Source: Candidatus Rariloculus sp. (lineage in GTDB: Bacteria; Pseudomonadota; Gammaproteobacteria; Steroidobacterales; Rariloculaceae). Taken from it: DNA of 64,000 nucleotides. Positions 32,101 through 40,602 of the stretch are shown here, one piece after another (the stretch's first letter is position 1; each line of letters opens with the position of its first letter). Where the stretch lies: contig NZ_OZ253579.1 in the NCBI RefSeq assembly GCF_965263005.1, positions 1,911,399-1,975,398 of the forward strand. The letters are read 5' to 3'. Under the pieces are notes generated by a model. The model searched no databases, was not told the DNA's origin, and worked only from the letters and a program-made list of their open reading frames with translations. The position numbers and the translations under genes were made by a program.

Positions 32101-32784
32101 TCGGTCTACGAGCGCTGCCTGTCCACGAGGTTCAACTCGACCGCCGATCACACGATCGCACCCTGTCAGCAGGCCAACAGGGACCCGGCCGACGGTGGCC
32201 CCCAGAACACCGATCGGACGTTCTCGAACGAGGGACGGGCACTGATGTCGGGTGTCGATCTGCAGTTCAACTGGCAGAGGGACCTCGGCGCCGGCTTTTT
32301 CAGCTTGAATTCCGTGGCGAACTATAATCTCAGGTCGATCACGCAGGACCGGCCGGAGATCCCAGAGGAAGACCATTCCGGCTACAACGACTGCTCGCTG
32401 CAGATTCAATGCCAGCGGTACGACTACCGCCTGTTCACGCAGTTCAGCTACGCCCAAGGGCGGTGGAACCTTTCGCTGAGGCACCAATTCTGGCCGACGC
32501 TCGACGACCAAGACTGTCGTGTAAGCAGAACCCAGGAGGATTGTATTTACGACAGTCGTCCGAGCTATCAGCTGTTTGCCTTGACGGCCGGCTATACGTT
32601 TGCCGACAGGTACCGGGTCAATCTCGGAGTCGAGAACCTGCTCGACGAGGAGCCCCCGTGCTTGGGCGTGGATCCGGATGCGTCCGGGTTCCCGCGAGAA
32701 TGCGCGCACATCAGCGGTGGAAACGGAAACACCTACGATCCGCTCGGGCGGCGTTTCTACCTCAGCATGACGATGGATTTCTGA
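29188..32784 (+). CDS. TonB-dependent receptor (copy 1, intact)
   Basis: TonB box EEITVTGSRI, plug SLRGLG..RNLVLINGRR, YGADAVGGVVNFILK, RAFRAPNLGEL, C-terminal Phe. Confidence 0.95.
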   Translation: MTDKNKAGRGLRLQVLSKGIADVLRSPSSAGLRPTILSASGGAILSVALAVGPATPAAAQEDVVLEEITVTGSRIRRQDFTANAPIQTVDEALFENTSSIGVETVLNRLPQFVPAVTQFTTTDVQQTATNTVGVSTVSLRGLGPNRNLVLINGRRAMPVDPTMIIDTNSIPASAIQRVEIISGGASAVYGADAVGGVVNFILKDDFEGASVDVRFGDTQHGGNQEVTVSGLIGANVANDRGNVMLGVERATRTVQREWQRDWRIADFANPNVGGGTFVWGSAPWLRNEAAFSNPPAPPPGYNNNYPAQDRAQIAARAGWDDQTPLGTATTVDEIFDELPPGTISNNVNGTNFRVNDDGTFYTGHGFGSQNTRVDRASGGYRFNGPVYDPSVPGSGGDHWGNYAGLPVFVRHPSGAIKENNFYRWSSSPLERLSAFGNGHFEVSDNVRVTAQAQFTRTQTESSLGNTAANINQWAAAVPFGNELYRGNNQPLFPGDSPDRSIYDIPDALIDVNGNGIADAGDMTHSAYKIDGRYGVECDAPPTQARPWLDGLPGCTNSEAWPTSAEVYNLFMSRPDPNAILWGNRSPDYLREAIGAGRSTTNTTTTMNFSLGLEGELPSGDDFWDVTVSTGRSDNFVNQNGSVRLSQLRALYLVPNYGRNAIFDPEPVNDGFAENNSRCTTGLPIFERFIPSTDCVQMISPSLKNQREMTQSLIEANLVGDLIEMPAGTLQYALGGAYRENSFDFSPDNLSHNQNFLDPIAGTYPNEESYGEFDVSEIYGELLIPLVNDGPTGFSHFNVELGGRISDWSMPNMPNLQTYKALVDWGITPRYRMRGGFNRAFRAPNLGELFITRTQIFGGIGTDDFCSQNLNVQWDFSASSPDPAQAAQSEAICRALMGRSGAFEYYDNQPLSEQTTGGNTGVSNSFGNRDLREEQADTFTVGMVMDFHDNFTLTVDWYEIEIKDMIALEHPDSVYERCLSTRFNSTADHTIAPCQQANRDPADGGPQNTDRTFSNEGRALMSGVDLQFNWQRDLGAGFFSLNSVANYNLRSITQDRPEIPEEDHSGYNDCSLQIQCQRYDYRLFTQFSYAQGRWNLSLRHQFWPTLDDQDCRVSRTQEDCIYDSRPSYQLFALTAGYTFADRYRVNLGVENLLDEEPPCLGVDPDASGFPRECAHISGGNGNTYDPLGRRFYLSMTMDF

Positions 32785-32810
32785 TCCGATCCTGAATCCT
32801 GAAACCTTGG

Positions 32811-32841
32811 TGGCGGCGGGCTTGGTCCCGCCGCTATTTTT
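32811..32841 (+). terminator. Intrinsic terminator
   Basis: TGGCGGCGGG-cttggt-CCCGCCGCTA followed by a T run. Confidence 0.8.
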
Positions 32842-33614
32842 CAGGCGGTTCGCCTGTGATTCGGCGCGTTCTCCGTGCCCGGAAATCTCACATGGAGCAC
32901 GATTATCAGGGCCAGGATCGTCGAGTGCCACGATGACTCGTCCGGATTGCCGGCGCCCTCGACCGGCCTTCCCCAACCCCCATCGTCGTTCTGAAACCGG
33001 ATAACGCGCCGGACGAAACCCAGGTCGACCCGCGCGCTCTGGCGCGCCAGGCACAAAAATGCGCCGGCTTCGAGCTTGATGTCGTTCACCGACGTTGGGT
33101 CTTCGTCGATTATCGCGGTGACGGCACCGTACATATCCTCGACAAAGCCAGCCGGCACTGCAGGTTCGCAGTCGTTCTCCTGCACCCAGACCCACGCCAG
33201 GAGCGCATGCGTGGCCGCGTAACCGCCTTGGCTAACGGCTCTGGCGAGCGCTTCGGCGAAAGAGGCGGGCAAGCCCAGTCGATCGCAATAGAGCGCTGAG
33301 ATGAGGAGACGGTCGGTCTGTATCGTCACATGGGCCCAGTCGTCAGGCTGCAGCGGGTTGTTGGCGTCGAACATGCGTCGAAACACGCGCAGCACAGGTG
33401 CGCGTTCCGGGTGCTCGGGCAGCACCTCGTCGTAGCGTTCGAGGCAATCGGCAAATTCCTTGACTCCGAAGCGCCGGTGTATAAGACCCATGAACAGCAA
33501 GGCGTGCGGCTCCCGCATACCGTTGAGAAAGTTGATCGCATTCGCGACAGTCGTGCGAACGTCCGTCTCGGTCAGCATGAGCTCAGCATCTCGATCCGCC
33601 CAGCGACGGTCCAT
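32841..33614 (-). CDS. Helical protein with prenyltransferase/squalene-cyclase-like QW repeat
   Basis: RFQNDDGGWG motif, then WHSTILAL. Confidence 0.55.
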   Translation of the reverse strand: MDRRWADRDAELMLTETDVRTTVANAINFLNGMREPHALLFMGLIHRRFGVKEFADCLERYDEVLPEHPERAPVLRVFRRMFDANNPLQPDDWAHVTIQTDRLLISALYCDRLGLPASFAEALARAVSQGGYAATHALLAWVWVQENDCEPAVPAGFVEDMYGAVTAIIDEDPTSVNDIKLEAGAFLCLARQSARVDLGFVRRVIRFQNDDGGWGRPVEGAGNPDESSWHSTILALIIVLHVRFPGTENAPNHRRTA

Positions 33615-33883
33615 TCAGATGTAGGTGTTTCATTTTTTTACCACTTCAGCGCTCGGGCAGCGTGTAATTATAGCTAACGGGAGCGGGACACCGGCGACGT
33701 GCGGCAGGTAAACAGCTCATCCCGGGATCTGCGCGCCCATCACGGTTGTTCGGTCCGTAGGTGATCGGTGCACGCTCCTGCAAGTATAATCGTCGCCCGA
33801 TAAAGCCGGTTTGCGCGGCTGCTGGCGGGATGTCCCCGCGCGGCGTGATTGGAATCGGCGCGAGTTCCTGCTGAGGAAGTGAT

Positions 33884-34561
33884 ATGGCCGACCACACGCC
33901 ACCCGGCGGGGCTGCAGGCGTTGGCCCGCCGCCGGAGCTGACGCTGCTGAAGCTCTTCCCGACGCCCGTGCTGATCGCCACGATGCCGGATGCGGAAGCG
34001 CTGAACGCAGAGCTCAAGCCTATCATCCTCGCCCGGGAGAAGGTGTGCGAATCGGTGGAGCGTTCCAACCGCGGCGGCTGGCAGTCGAGCTGGGACCTGC
34101 ATCAATGGGGCGGTACGCCGATGCAGAAAGTGCTGGCCTTCGCTCGGGCCATCGTCGAAGACGCCACGGTCGACCGCACCGGCAAGCGTGACAGGTTCGC
34201 TTGGCGGATCAACTGCTGGGCCAACGTAAACCGGACCGGCCACGGCAACCAGTTCCACACCCATCCGGGCGCACTGTGGTCTGCCAGCTACTACGTCGAC
34301 GACGGGGGCATCGGCGAAGACCCGTCGCTTGGCGGTGAGTTTGAGATCGCGGATCCGCGCGGCGTGGCCCCGGTCATGTACGCGCCGCAGCTGACCTTCC
34401 CCGGCCCGGACGGTCTCGCCCTCGGTGAGTCGCAGAGACTGACGCCGAAGGCCGGCGCGATGATTGTCATCCCGAGCTGGCTGCTACACGGCGTCTGCCC
34501 CTACCGCGGCACGCGCGAGCGCATCTCCGTCGCCATAAACTTCAGCATCGCCGGCGTCTGA
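33884..34561 (+). CDS. TIGR02466-type putative Fe(II)/2OG oxygenase
   Basis: LFPTP, SNRGGWQS, WANVN...HTHPGALWSASYYV, DPR, PSWLLHGV.PY, RISVAIN. Confidence 0.85.
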   Translation: MADHTPPGGAAGVGPPPELTLLKLFPTPVLIATMPDAEALNAELKPIILAREKVCESVERSNRGGWQSSWDLHQWGGTPMQKVLAFARAIVEDATVDRTGKRDRFAWRINCWANVNRTGHGNQFHTHPGALWSASYYVDDGGIGEDPSLGGEFEIADPRGVAPVMYAPQLTFPGPDGLALGESQRLTPKAGAMIVIPSWLLHGVCPYRGTRERISVAINFSIAGV

Positions 34562-34612
34562 AAGTGTAAGCTTATCTGAAGTCCGATCGGGCCAAGCACG
34601 ACATCGCGCGTC

Positions 34613-34691
34613 GCTGCCGCCGCCCTGAGACGCGGCATCAAGAGTCCGATTTAGAGCGATGCCGCGCGTCGCGTATTCTCTCGCCTGACGC
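34613..34691 (+). repeat. Junction repeat copy 1 (copies 2 and 3 at 36529-36607 and 38457-38506)
   Basis: CTGCC.C.GCC.T.AGACG.GGCATCA...CCGAT..AGA..GATGC shared by three gene junctions; contains a GGCATC/GATGCC hairpin. Confidence 0.8.
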
Positions 34692-34714
34692 GCTCGTTGA
34701 TAGGTGCGCGTAAA

Positions 34715-36544
34715 ATGAGTCAGATGCAAAAGTCAGTCAGAAAGCTGGCAGGATTATCGTTTGCGTTCGTTGCCGCGTGCGGCGAAGGCGGAGGCTCCGC
34801 TTCAACGCCGCCCCCGCCAACTCCGGATGAACCGCCTCCACCGCCGTCAGCCTTCGTCGACGTGACGGCAGCTTCGAACATCGCCTACCAAGTAGGCTTT
34901 ACCCGACCTTCCTTGGTTAGGGAACAGCGGGCAGTCACGGAAGCGACATTCGGCGGCGCGGCCGCGGGCGATTGCGACAACGACGGCGACATCGATTTGT
35001 TCATTACGTATGGCAACACGGGTGGGCCGGATAGCGGCGGTGGGCCTAACCGCCTATATCTGAACCAGCTCGCGGAGCACGGCAATGGCCTGCTGTTTGA
35101 GGACATTGCCGAGGCGGCCGGCGTCGCCAATACTCGTCCTGACGGCAGAAATAACGATCGCCACAGCGGGCCCGCATTTGCCGACATGGATGGCGATGGC
35201 GACCTCGATCTATTTCTCGGCGGTCTCCACGACGACCCGAGCAAGATCTACGAGAATCAGGGTAATTGTCTGTTCACGGACGTTACATCGAACTCGCCAG
35301 ACATCGAGAGTATGCTGGCCTCGCATACGATCTCGGCGGGATTCGGGGACTACGATCTGGACGGCGACCTCGACATGTTCCTGACGCACTGGGCCACGCG
35401 CGACACGGTGTATGGCGTGTATGTCGATGGCAACGTAGAGTTGCTGGAAACCGACCATCTATGGAGAAACGAGTCTGATGAGTCGGGTATTCGCTTCGTC
35501 AACGTCAGCGAAGAAACCGGAATTTCCGACTTGAGCTGGAGTACCCGCGCTTTAGATTTCTATGTCTGGCCACAGGACGCGGATTTTACGTTTACAGCGA
35601 CCTTTGCACGCATCAACGATGATCCTTGGCCTGACATTGCGATTGCGGCGGATTTCGGGACCACCCAGCTCGCTATCAACAACGGTAACGGGACGTTTCG
35701 GAGCCTCGACAATCCGATCCTGGATAACGCTCAGTTCGGGATGGGGGCTGCGCTTGGCGACATCGACAACGACGGCGACCTCGACTGGTTCGTTACCAGC
35801 ATCTTGGGACCCGGCGACGAGAGCCTCGATCTCGAACCATGGGGGAATCGCTTGTACGTAAACGATGGCAGCGGGTTCATCGATGACACCGCGCAACTCG
35901 GCGTCGCGGACGGTTCCTGGGGTTGGGGCGCTTGCTTCCTCGATATCGATAACGATACCGATCTCGACATTTATCACACGAACGGCTGGTCGGAACCGTA
36001 CCTCGGCCACCAGGTGTGGCAAACCCCTGCCGCCAGGGCGTTCCTGATGAACGAGGAAGGCACGTACACTGATGAAGCGGACGCGCTGGGACTGGCCGAA
36101 ATGACCTCGGGACGGGGCGTCGTGTGCGCGGATTTCGATCACGATGGCGACACGGATATCCTTGAACTGACCGACGCCGCCCCCAATTCCGCCAGGCTAT
36201 GGGAAAACCGGACCGCTGCGGCTGGCCGACACTTTCTACGCGTCAAGCTCGAGGGGCAGCCGCCCAATACCGAGGCCGCCGGCGCTCGGATCTTTGCGCG
36301 GATCGGCGATACTCGACAGATGCGTGAGATCATGATTGGCAGCAACTACACGTCACAGAATCCGGCGGTACAGATTTTTGGGCTCGATTCTTCGACAACA
36401 GTGGACGAGCTTCTCGTGGAATGGCCCGCGATAGACTCCGGCGCAGGCCCGGTACAGTTGGGCACCTTGTTGAATGGCCCCATCCCGGCCAGCCAGCCGG
36501 GCGAGACACTTGTGATCACGCAACCGGAGCTGCCACCGCCTTAA
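34715..36544 (+). CDS. CRTAC1/ASPIC-UnbV FG-GAP repeat lipoprotein (copy 1)
   Basis: Lipobox VAAC, Pro-rich linker, repeated DxDxDGDxD motifs, C-terminal NTEAAGARI...GSNYTSQN ASPIC/UnbV domain. Confidence 0.9.
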   Translation: MSQMQKSVRKLAGLSFAFVAACGEGGGSASTPPPPTPDEPPPPPSAFVDVTAASNIAYQVGFTRPSLVREQRAVTEATFGGAAAGDCDNDGDIDLFITYGNTGGPDSGGGPNRLYLNQLAEHGNGLLFEDIAEAAGVANTRPDGRNNDRHSGPAFADMDGDGDLDLFLGGLHDDPSKIYENQGNCLFTDVTSNSPDIESMLASHTISAGFGDYDLDGDLDMFLTHWATRDTVYGVYVDGNVELLETDHLWRNESDESGIRFVNVSEETGISDLSWSTRALDFYVWPQDADFTFTATFARINDDPWPDIAIAADFGTTQLAINNGNGTFRSLDNPILDNAQFGMGAALGDIDNDGDLDWFVTSILGPGDESLDLEPWGNRLYVNDGSGFIDDTAQLGVADGSWGWGACFLDIDNDTDLDIYHTNGWSEPYLGHQVWQTPAARAFLMNEEGTYTDEADALGLAEMTSGRGVVCADFDHDGDTDILELTDAAPNSARLWENRTAAAGRHFLRVKLEGQPPNTEAAGARIFARIGDTRQMREIMIGSNYTSQNPAVQIFGLDSSTTVDELLVEWPAIDSGAGPVQLGTLLNGPIPASQPGETLVITQPELPPP

Positions 36545-36630
36545 GACGCGGCATCAGGAACCCGATCGAGATCGATGCCTCGGGTCTCGTATTCTCTCGC
36601 CCGACGCCTTCGTCGATACTTGCACGTAGA

Positions 36631-38472
36631 ATGAATCAGATGAAAAAGTCAGTTAGAAAGCTGGCAGGGTTATCGTTCGCATTCCTTGCCGCGTGCGGCG
36701 AAGGTGGAGGCTCCGCTTCCTCGCTGCCCCCGCCAACTCCGGCGGAACCGCCTCCACCTTCGCCAGCCTTCGTCAACGTGACGGCAGCTTCCAATATCGC
36801 CTACAAAGTCGGGTACACCCGACCTTCCTTAATTGCCAGAGGCGATATCGCCTACCAGGTCTCCATAAACACATTCGGTGGCGCGGCGGCCGGCGATTGT
36901 GACAACGACAGCGACATCGATTTGTTCATTACGTACGGCAACACCGGCGGACCGGAAGGCGGCGGTGGCCCGAACCGCCTCTATATGAATCAACTCGCCG
37001 AGCAAGGCAACGGCCTGTTGTTTCAGGACAATGCCGCTGAGGCGGGCGTCGCGAACACTCGTCCTGGAGGCCAAAACAATGATCGCCACAGCGGGCCCGC
37101 GTTCGCCGACATGGATGGCGACGGCGACCTCGATTTGTTTCTCGGCGGTATCTACGACGACCCGAGCAAAATCTACGAAAATCAGGGCGACTGTCTGTTT
37201 ACGGACGTCACATCGAATTCGCCGGACATCGAACAGATGGTCGCCGCGCATACGATCTCCGCAGGATTCGGCGACTACGATCTCGACGGCGACCTCGACA
37301 TGTTCCTGACGCACTGGGCCACGCCCGACAAGCTGTATAAGCTGACTGGTCCGCGGTTGCTTCCGACTGACCATCTGTGGAGAAACGAGTCTGATGAGTC
37401 GGGTATTCGCTTCGTGAACATCAGCGAAGAAACCGGAATGTCGGATTTGATCTGGCTCACCCGCACTTATCCGGGCACGTTGGACTTTCCGTTCTCAGCC
37501 CAGGAGTTTGACTTTACCTTTACGCCGACCTTTGCACGCATCAACGATGATCTTTGGCCTGATATTGCGATTGCGGCGGACTTCGGCACAACCCAACTCG
37601 CCATCAACAATGGTGACGGAACGTTTCGGAGCCTCGAAAACCCGATCCTGCGCGAAGCTCAGTTCGGGATGGGGTCGGCGCTCGGCGACATCGACAACGA
37701 TGGCGATCTCGACTGGTTCGTCTCCAGCACCTTCGGACCCGGCGACCAGATCATCACGCCGCACGGCAATCGCTTCTATTTGAACGTTGGCAGCGCCTCC
37801 GGGTTTATCGATGACACGGCTCGACTCGGCGTCGCGGACGGTTCCTGGGGGTGGGGAGCATGCTTTCTTGATATCGATAACGATACGGACCTCGACGTCT
37901 ATCACACGAACGGCTGGTCGGAACCGTTCCTCGGCCACCAGGTGTGGCAAACTCCTGCCGCCAGGGCGTTCCTGATGAACGAGGCTGGCACGTACACTGA
38001 TGAAGCGGACGCGTTGGGGCTGACGGAAATGAGTTCGGGACGTGGTGTCGTGTGCGCGGATTTCGATCACGATGGCGACACGGACATCCTCGGGCTGACC
38101 GACGCACCTGGAAACTCCGCCAGTCTCTGGGAGAACGTAAGCGCAGCGGCTGGTCGAAACTTTTTGCGCGTCAGGCTCGAGGGGCTACCGCCCAATACAG
38201 AAGCCGCCGGTGCTCGGATCTTTGCGCGGATCGGCGACACCGTGCTGATGCGCGAGGTCATGATCGGCAGCAATTACACGTCACAGAATCCGGCGGTACA
38301 GATCTTCGGGCTCGATTCGTCGACAACCGTGGACGAGCTTCTCGTGGAATGGCCGGCGTTAGACCTGGGGGCAGGCCCGGTACAGCTGGGCACCAGACTC
38401 ACTGGCCCCATCGCGGCCAGCCAGCCGGGCCAGACCCTTGTGATTGGGCACCCGGAGCTGCCACTGCCCTGA
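36631..38472 (+). CDS. CRTAC1/ASPIC-UnbV FG-GAP repeat lipoprotein (copy 2, tandem paralog)
   Basis: Lipobox LAAC; collinear with and highly similar to copy 1. Confidence 0.9.
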   Translation: MNQMKKSVRKLAGLSFAFLAACGEGGGSASSLPPPTPAEPPPPSPAFVNVTAASNIAYKVGYTRPSLIARGDIAYQVSINTFGGAAAGDCDNDSDIDLFITYGNTGGPEGGGGPNRLYMNQLAEQGNGLLFQDNAAEAGVANTRPGGQNNDRHSGPAFADMDGDGDLDLFLGGIYDDPSKIYENQGDCLFTDVTSNSPDIEQMVAAHTISAGFGDYDLDGDLDMFLTHWATPDKLYKLTGPRLLPTDHLWRNESDESGIRFVNISEETGMSDLIWLTRTYPGTLDFPFSAQEFDFTFTPTFARINDDLWPDIAIAADFGTTQLAINNGDGTFRSLENPILREAQFGMGSALGDIDNDGDLDWFVSSTFGPGDQIITPHGNRFYLNVGSASGFIDDTARLGVADGSWGWGACFLDIDNDTDLDVYHTNGWSEPFLGHQVWQTPAARAFLMNEAGTYTDEADALGLTEMSSGRGVVCADFDHDGDTDILGLTDAPGNSASLWENVSAAAGRNFLRVRLEGLPPNTEAAGARIFARIGDTVLMREVMIGSNYTSQNPAVQIFGLDSSTTVDELLVEWPALDLGAGPVQLGTRLTGPIAASQPGQTLVIGHPELPLP

Positions 38473-38502
38473 GACGAGGCATCAAGCGCCCGATTGAGAT
38501 CG

Positions 38503-40506
38503 ATGCGAATAGAAAGGACAGGTGTATCGGCGGTAGCACTGGCCATGGGCGTCGTCGGCTGCGATATCTTCTTGCCGCCGCTCAATCAAGACGACCGTGA
38601 CGCGTCGGTCGCGCGGATCTGGAATGAGGTGTTGCTCGAGGGGATTCGCAACGACTTTGCGCGGCCGACCGTGCATGCCCGGAACCTCTGGCACAGTTCC
38701 GCGGCGATGTACGATGCCTGGGCGGCGTACGACGACACGGCTTCGACCTGGCTGCTTGGCAAGACGCAAGCAGGTTACGACTGCGACTACACACCGCCGA
38801 ATCTCCCGCGCGATCTTCAACTGGCACGTGAGCAGGCGGTCAGCTTCGCGGCTTATCGAATCGTCCGGCATCGCTTCCAGAATTCTCCGGGCGCCGATTT
38901 TGTCGCCCAGCTCGCCGACGACACTATGGCCGAGCTCGGCTACGACATAGGCGACACAAACACGGCATACGAGCTCGGCTCGCCGGCGGCGCTCGGCAAC
39001 CATATCGCCGAATGCTACATCGCCTACGGGCTGCAGGACGGCTCGAACGAGGCAAACAACTACGATCCACTGGTCTACGCGGTCGTCAATCCGCCGATCG
39101 AGCCCGAATTGCCAGGCAATCCCAACATCGTCGATCTGGATCGCTGGCAGCAGATCACGCTGACGCTTTCGATCGACCAGTCGGGCAATGTCGTCGATGG
39201 TACTCAAGAATTCGTCGGTCCCGAATGGGGTGCTGTGCATCCGTTTTCGCTGACCGTGGCCGAAATGAGCACTTGCCCGCGCGCAGGCTTCGACTATCCC
39301 GTCTACTACGATCCCGGTGCGCCTCCGGGGCACGACGGGCCGCTGTCAGCAGAGTACAAGTGGGGCCACTCACTCGTGGCTGTCTGGTCCGGACATCTGG
39401 ATCCGGAGAACGGGCGCGGCGCCGACGTCGTCGATATCTCGCCGGCCAGCCTCGGCAACATTCAGAGCTATCCGGCGACCTTCGTTGAGCATCGCGATTT
39501 CTACGACCTGCTCGCAGGCGGCACGCCTGAAACGGGCTATACGGTGAATCCCGCAACCGATGCCCCGTATGAGCCGCAGCTCGTGCCGCTCGCCGACTAT
39601 GCGCGTGCGATTGCGGAGTTCTGGGCCGATGGCCCGGATTCGGAAACACCCCCCGGGCATTGGTTCGTAATCGTCAATACGATCGGCGAGCATCCCGACC
39701 TCATCAAGCGGTTCGAAGGCGCAGGTCCGATCCTCGGCTCGCTCGAATGGGACGTCAAAATCTACTTCGCACTCGGCGGCGCGATGCATGACGCGGCGAT
39801 CACGGCTTGGTCCGCCAAGGGCTGCTACGACTACGTGCGGCCCGTATCGGCGATTCGCGCGATGGCCGACCGCGGTCAGAGCAGCGACCCCGACGATCCC
39901 GACTGTCCCTACCACGTCGGCGGTATTCAATATATCGAGGATCCGGACGATCCGGCCCGAGACGGCAGCAATCGCGTGATCGATTGCGTGCGCCCGGGCG
40001 ATCCCCTTGCAGACGATCCCTATACGCCGGGTGTCGACGCGCTGAATGTAGGCAAGATCAAGCTCTTCGCATGGCGCGGGCCCGCGTATATCAGCAATGC
40101 AGTTTTCGATTTCGCGGGCGTCGACTGGATTCTGGCCGAAGACTGGTGGCCCTATCAGCGTCCGACCTTCGTGACGCCGCCGTTTGCTGCCTATATCTCC
40201 GGGCACTCGACCTACTCGCGCACGGCGGCGGAGCTCCTGACGCTCTTTACGGGGGATCCCTACTTCCCGGGCGGCAAGAGCGAATTCCCTGCACCGATGA
40301 ACCAGTTCCTCGTCTTCGAGGAGGGACCGAGTGTCGAAATCACGCTCGAGTGGGCGAAATACATTGACGCTTCGGACCAGTGCAGCTTATCGCGCCTCTG
40401 GGGCGGCATTCATCCGCCGGCCGACGACATCCCGGGTCGGCTCATTGGCTTGGAGCTCGGTCCCCAAGCATTCAACCTCGCGCGGGACTATTTCAACGGT
40501 CTGTAA
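38503..40506 (+). CDS. Vanadium-dependent haloperoxidase (PAP2 superfamily), lipoprotein
   Basis: K..YD..RP (AKGCYDYVRP), TPPFAAYISGHS, SRLWGGIH vanadate motifs; ARIWNEVLL..IRND.ARPTVHARNL; lipobox VVGC. Confidence 0.88.
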   Translation: MRIERTGVSAVALAMGVVGCDIFLPPLNQDDRDASVARIWNEVLLEGIRNDFARPTVHARNLWHSSAAMYDAWAAYDDTASTWLLGKTQAGYDCDYTPPNLPRDLQLAREQAVSFAAYRIVRHRFQNSPGADFVAQLADDTMAELGYDIGDTNTAYELGSPAALGNHIAECYIAYGLQDGSNEANNYDPLVYAVVNPPIEPELPGNPNIVDLDRWQQITLTLSIDQSGNVVDGTQEFVGPEWGAVHPFSLTVAEMSTCPRAGFDYPVYYDPGAPPGHDGPLSAEYKWGHSLVAVWSGHLDPENGRGADVVDISPASLGNIQSYPATFVEHRDFYDLLAGGTPETGYTVNPATDAPYEPQLVPLADYARAIAEFWADGPDSETPPGHWFVIVNTIGEHPDLIKRFEGAGPILGSLEWDVKIYFALGGAMHDAAITAWSAKGCYDYVRPVSAIRAMADRGQSSDPDDPDCPYHVGGIQYIEDPDDPARDGSNRVIDCVRPGDPLADDPYTPGVDALNVGKIKLFAWRGPAYISNAVFDFAGVDWILAEDWWPYQRPTFVTPPFAAYISGHSTYSRTAAELLTLFTGDPYFPGGKSEFPAPMNQFLVFEEGPSVEITLEWAKYIDASDQCSLSRLWGGIHPPADDIPGRLIGLELGPQAFNLARDYFNGL

Positions 40507-40602
40507 TGCAAGAGATCGACGCTCGGCGGCAAATCGTAACGGCTCGACCCCGATGTGGAGCGGACACACCCAGAGTGATGGATTCGCTGAGATACATCTC
40601 GT

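Noticed and set aside
33884-34561. Fe/2OG halogenase call for the oxygenases
   Set aside because: Metal motifs are HxH or HxD, not the HxG/A of halogenases
34613-38506. Junction repeats as CRISPR or attC sites
   Set aside because: Spaced by whole genes, overlap coding ends and lack attC core sites; explained by tandem duplication
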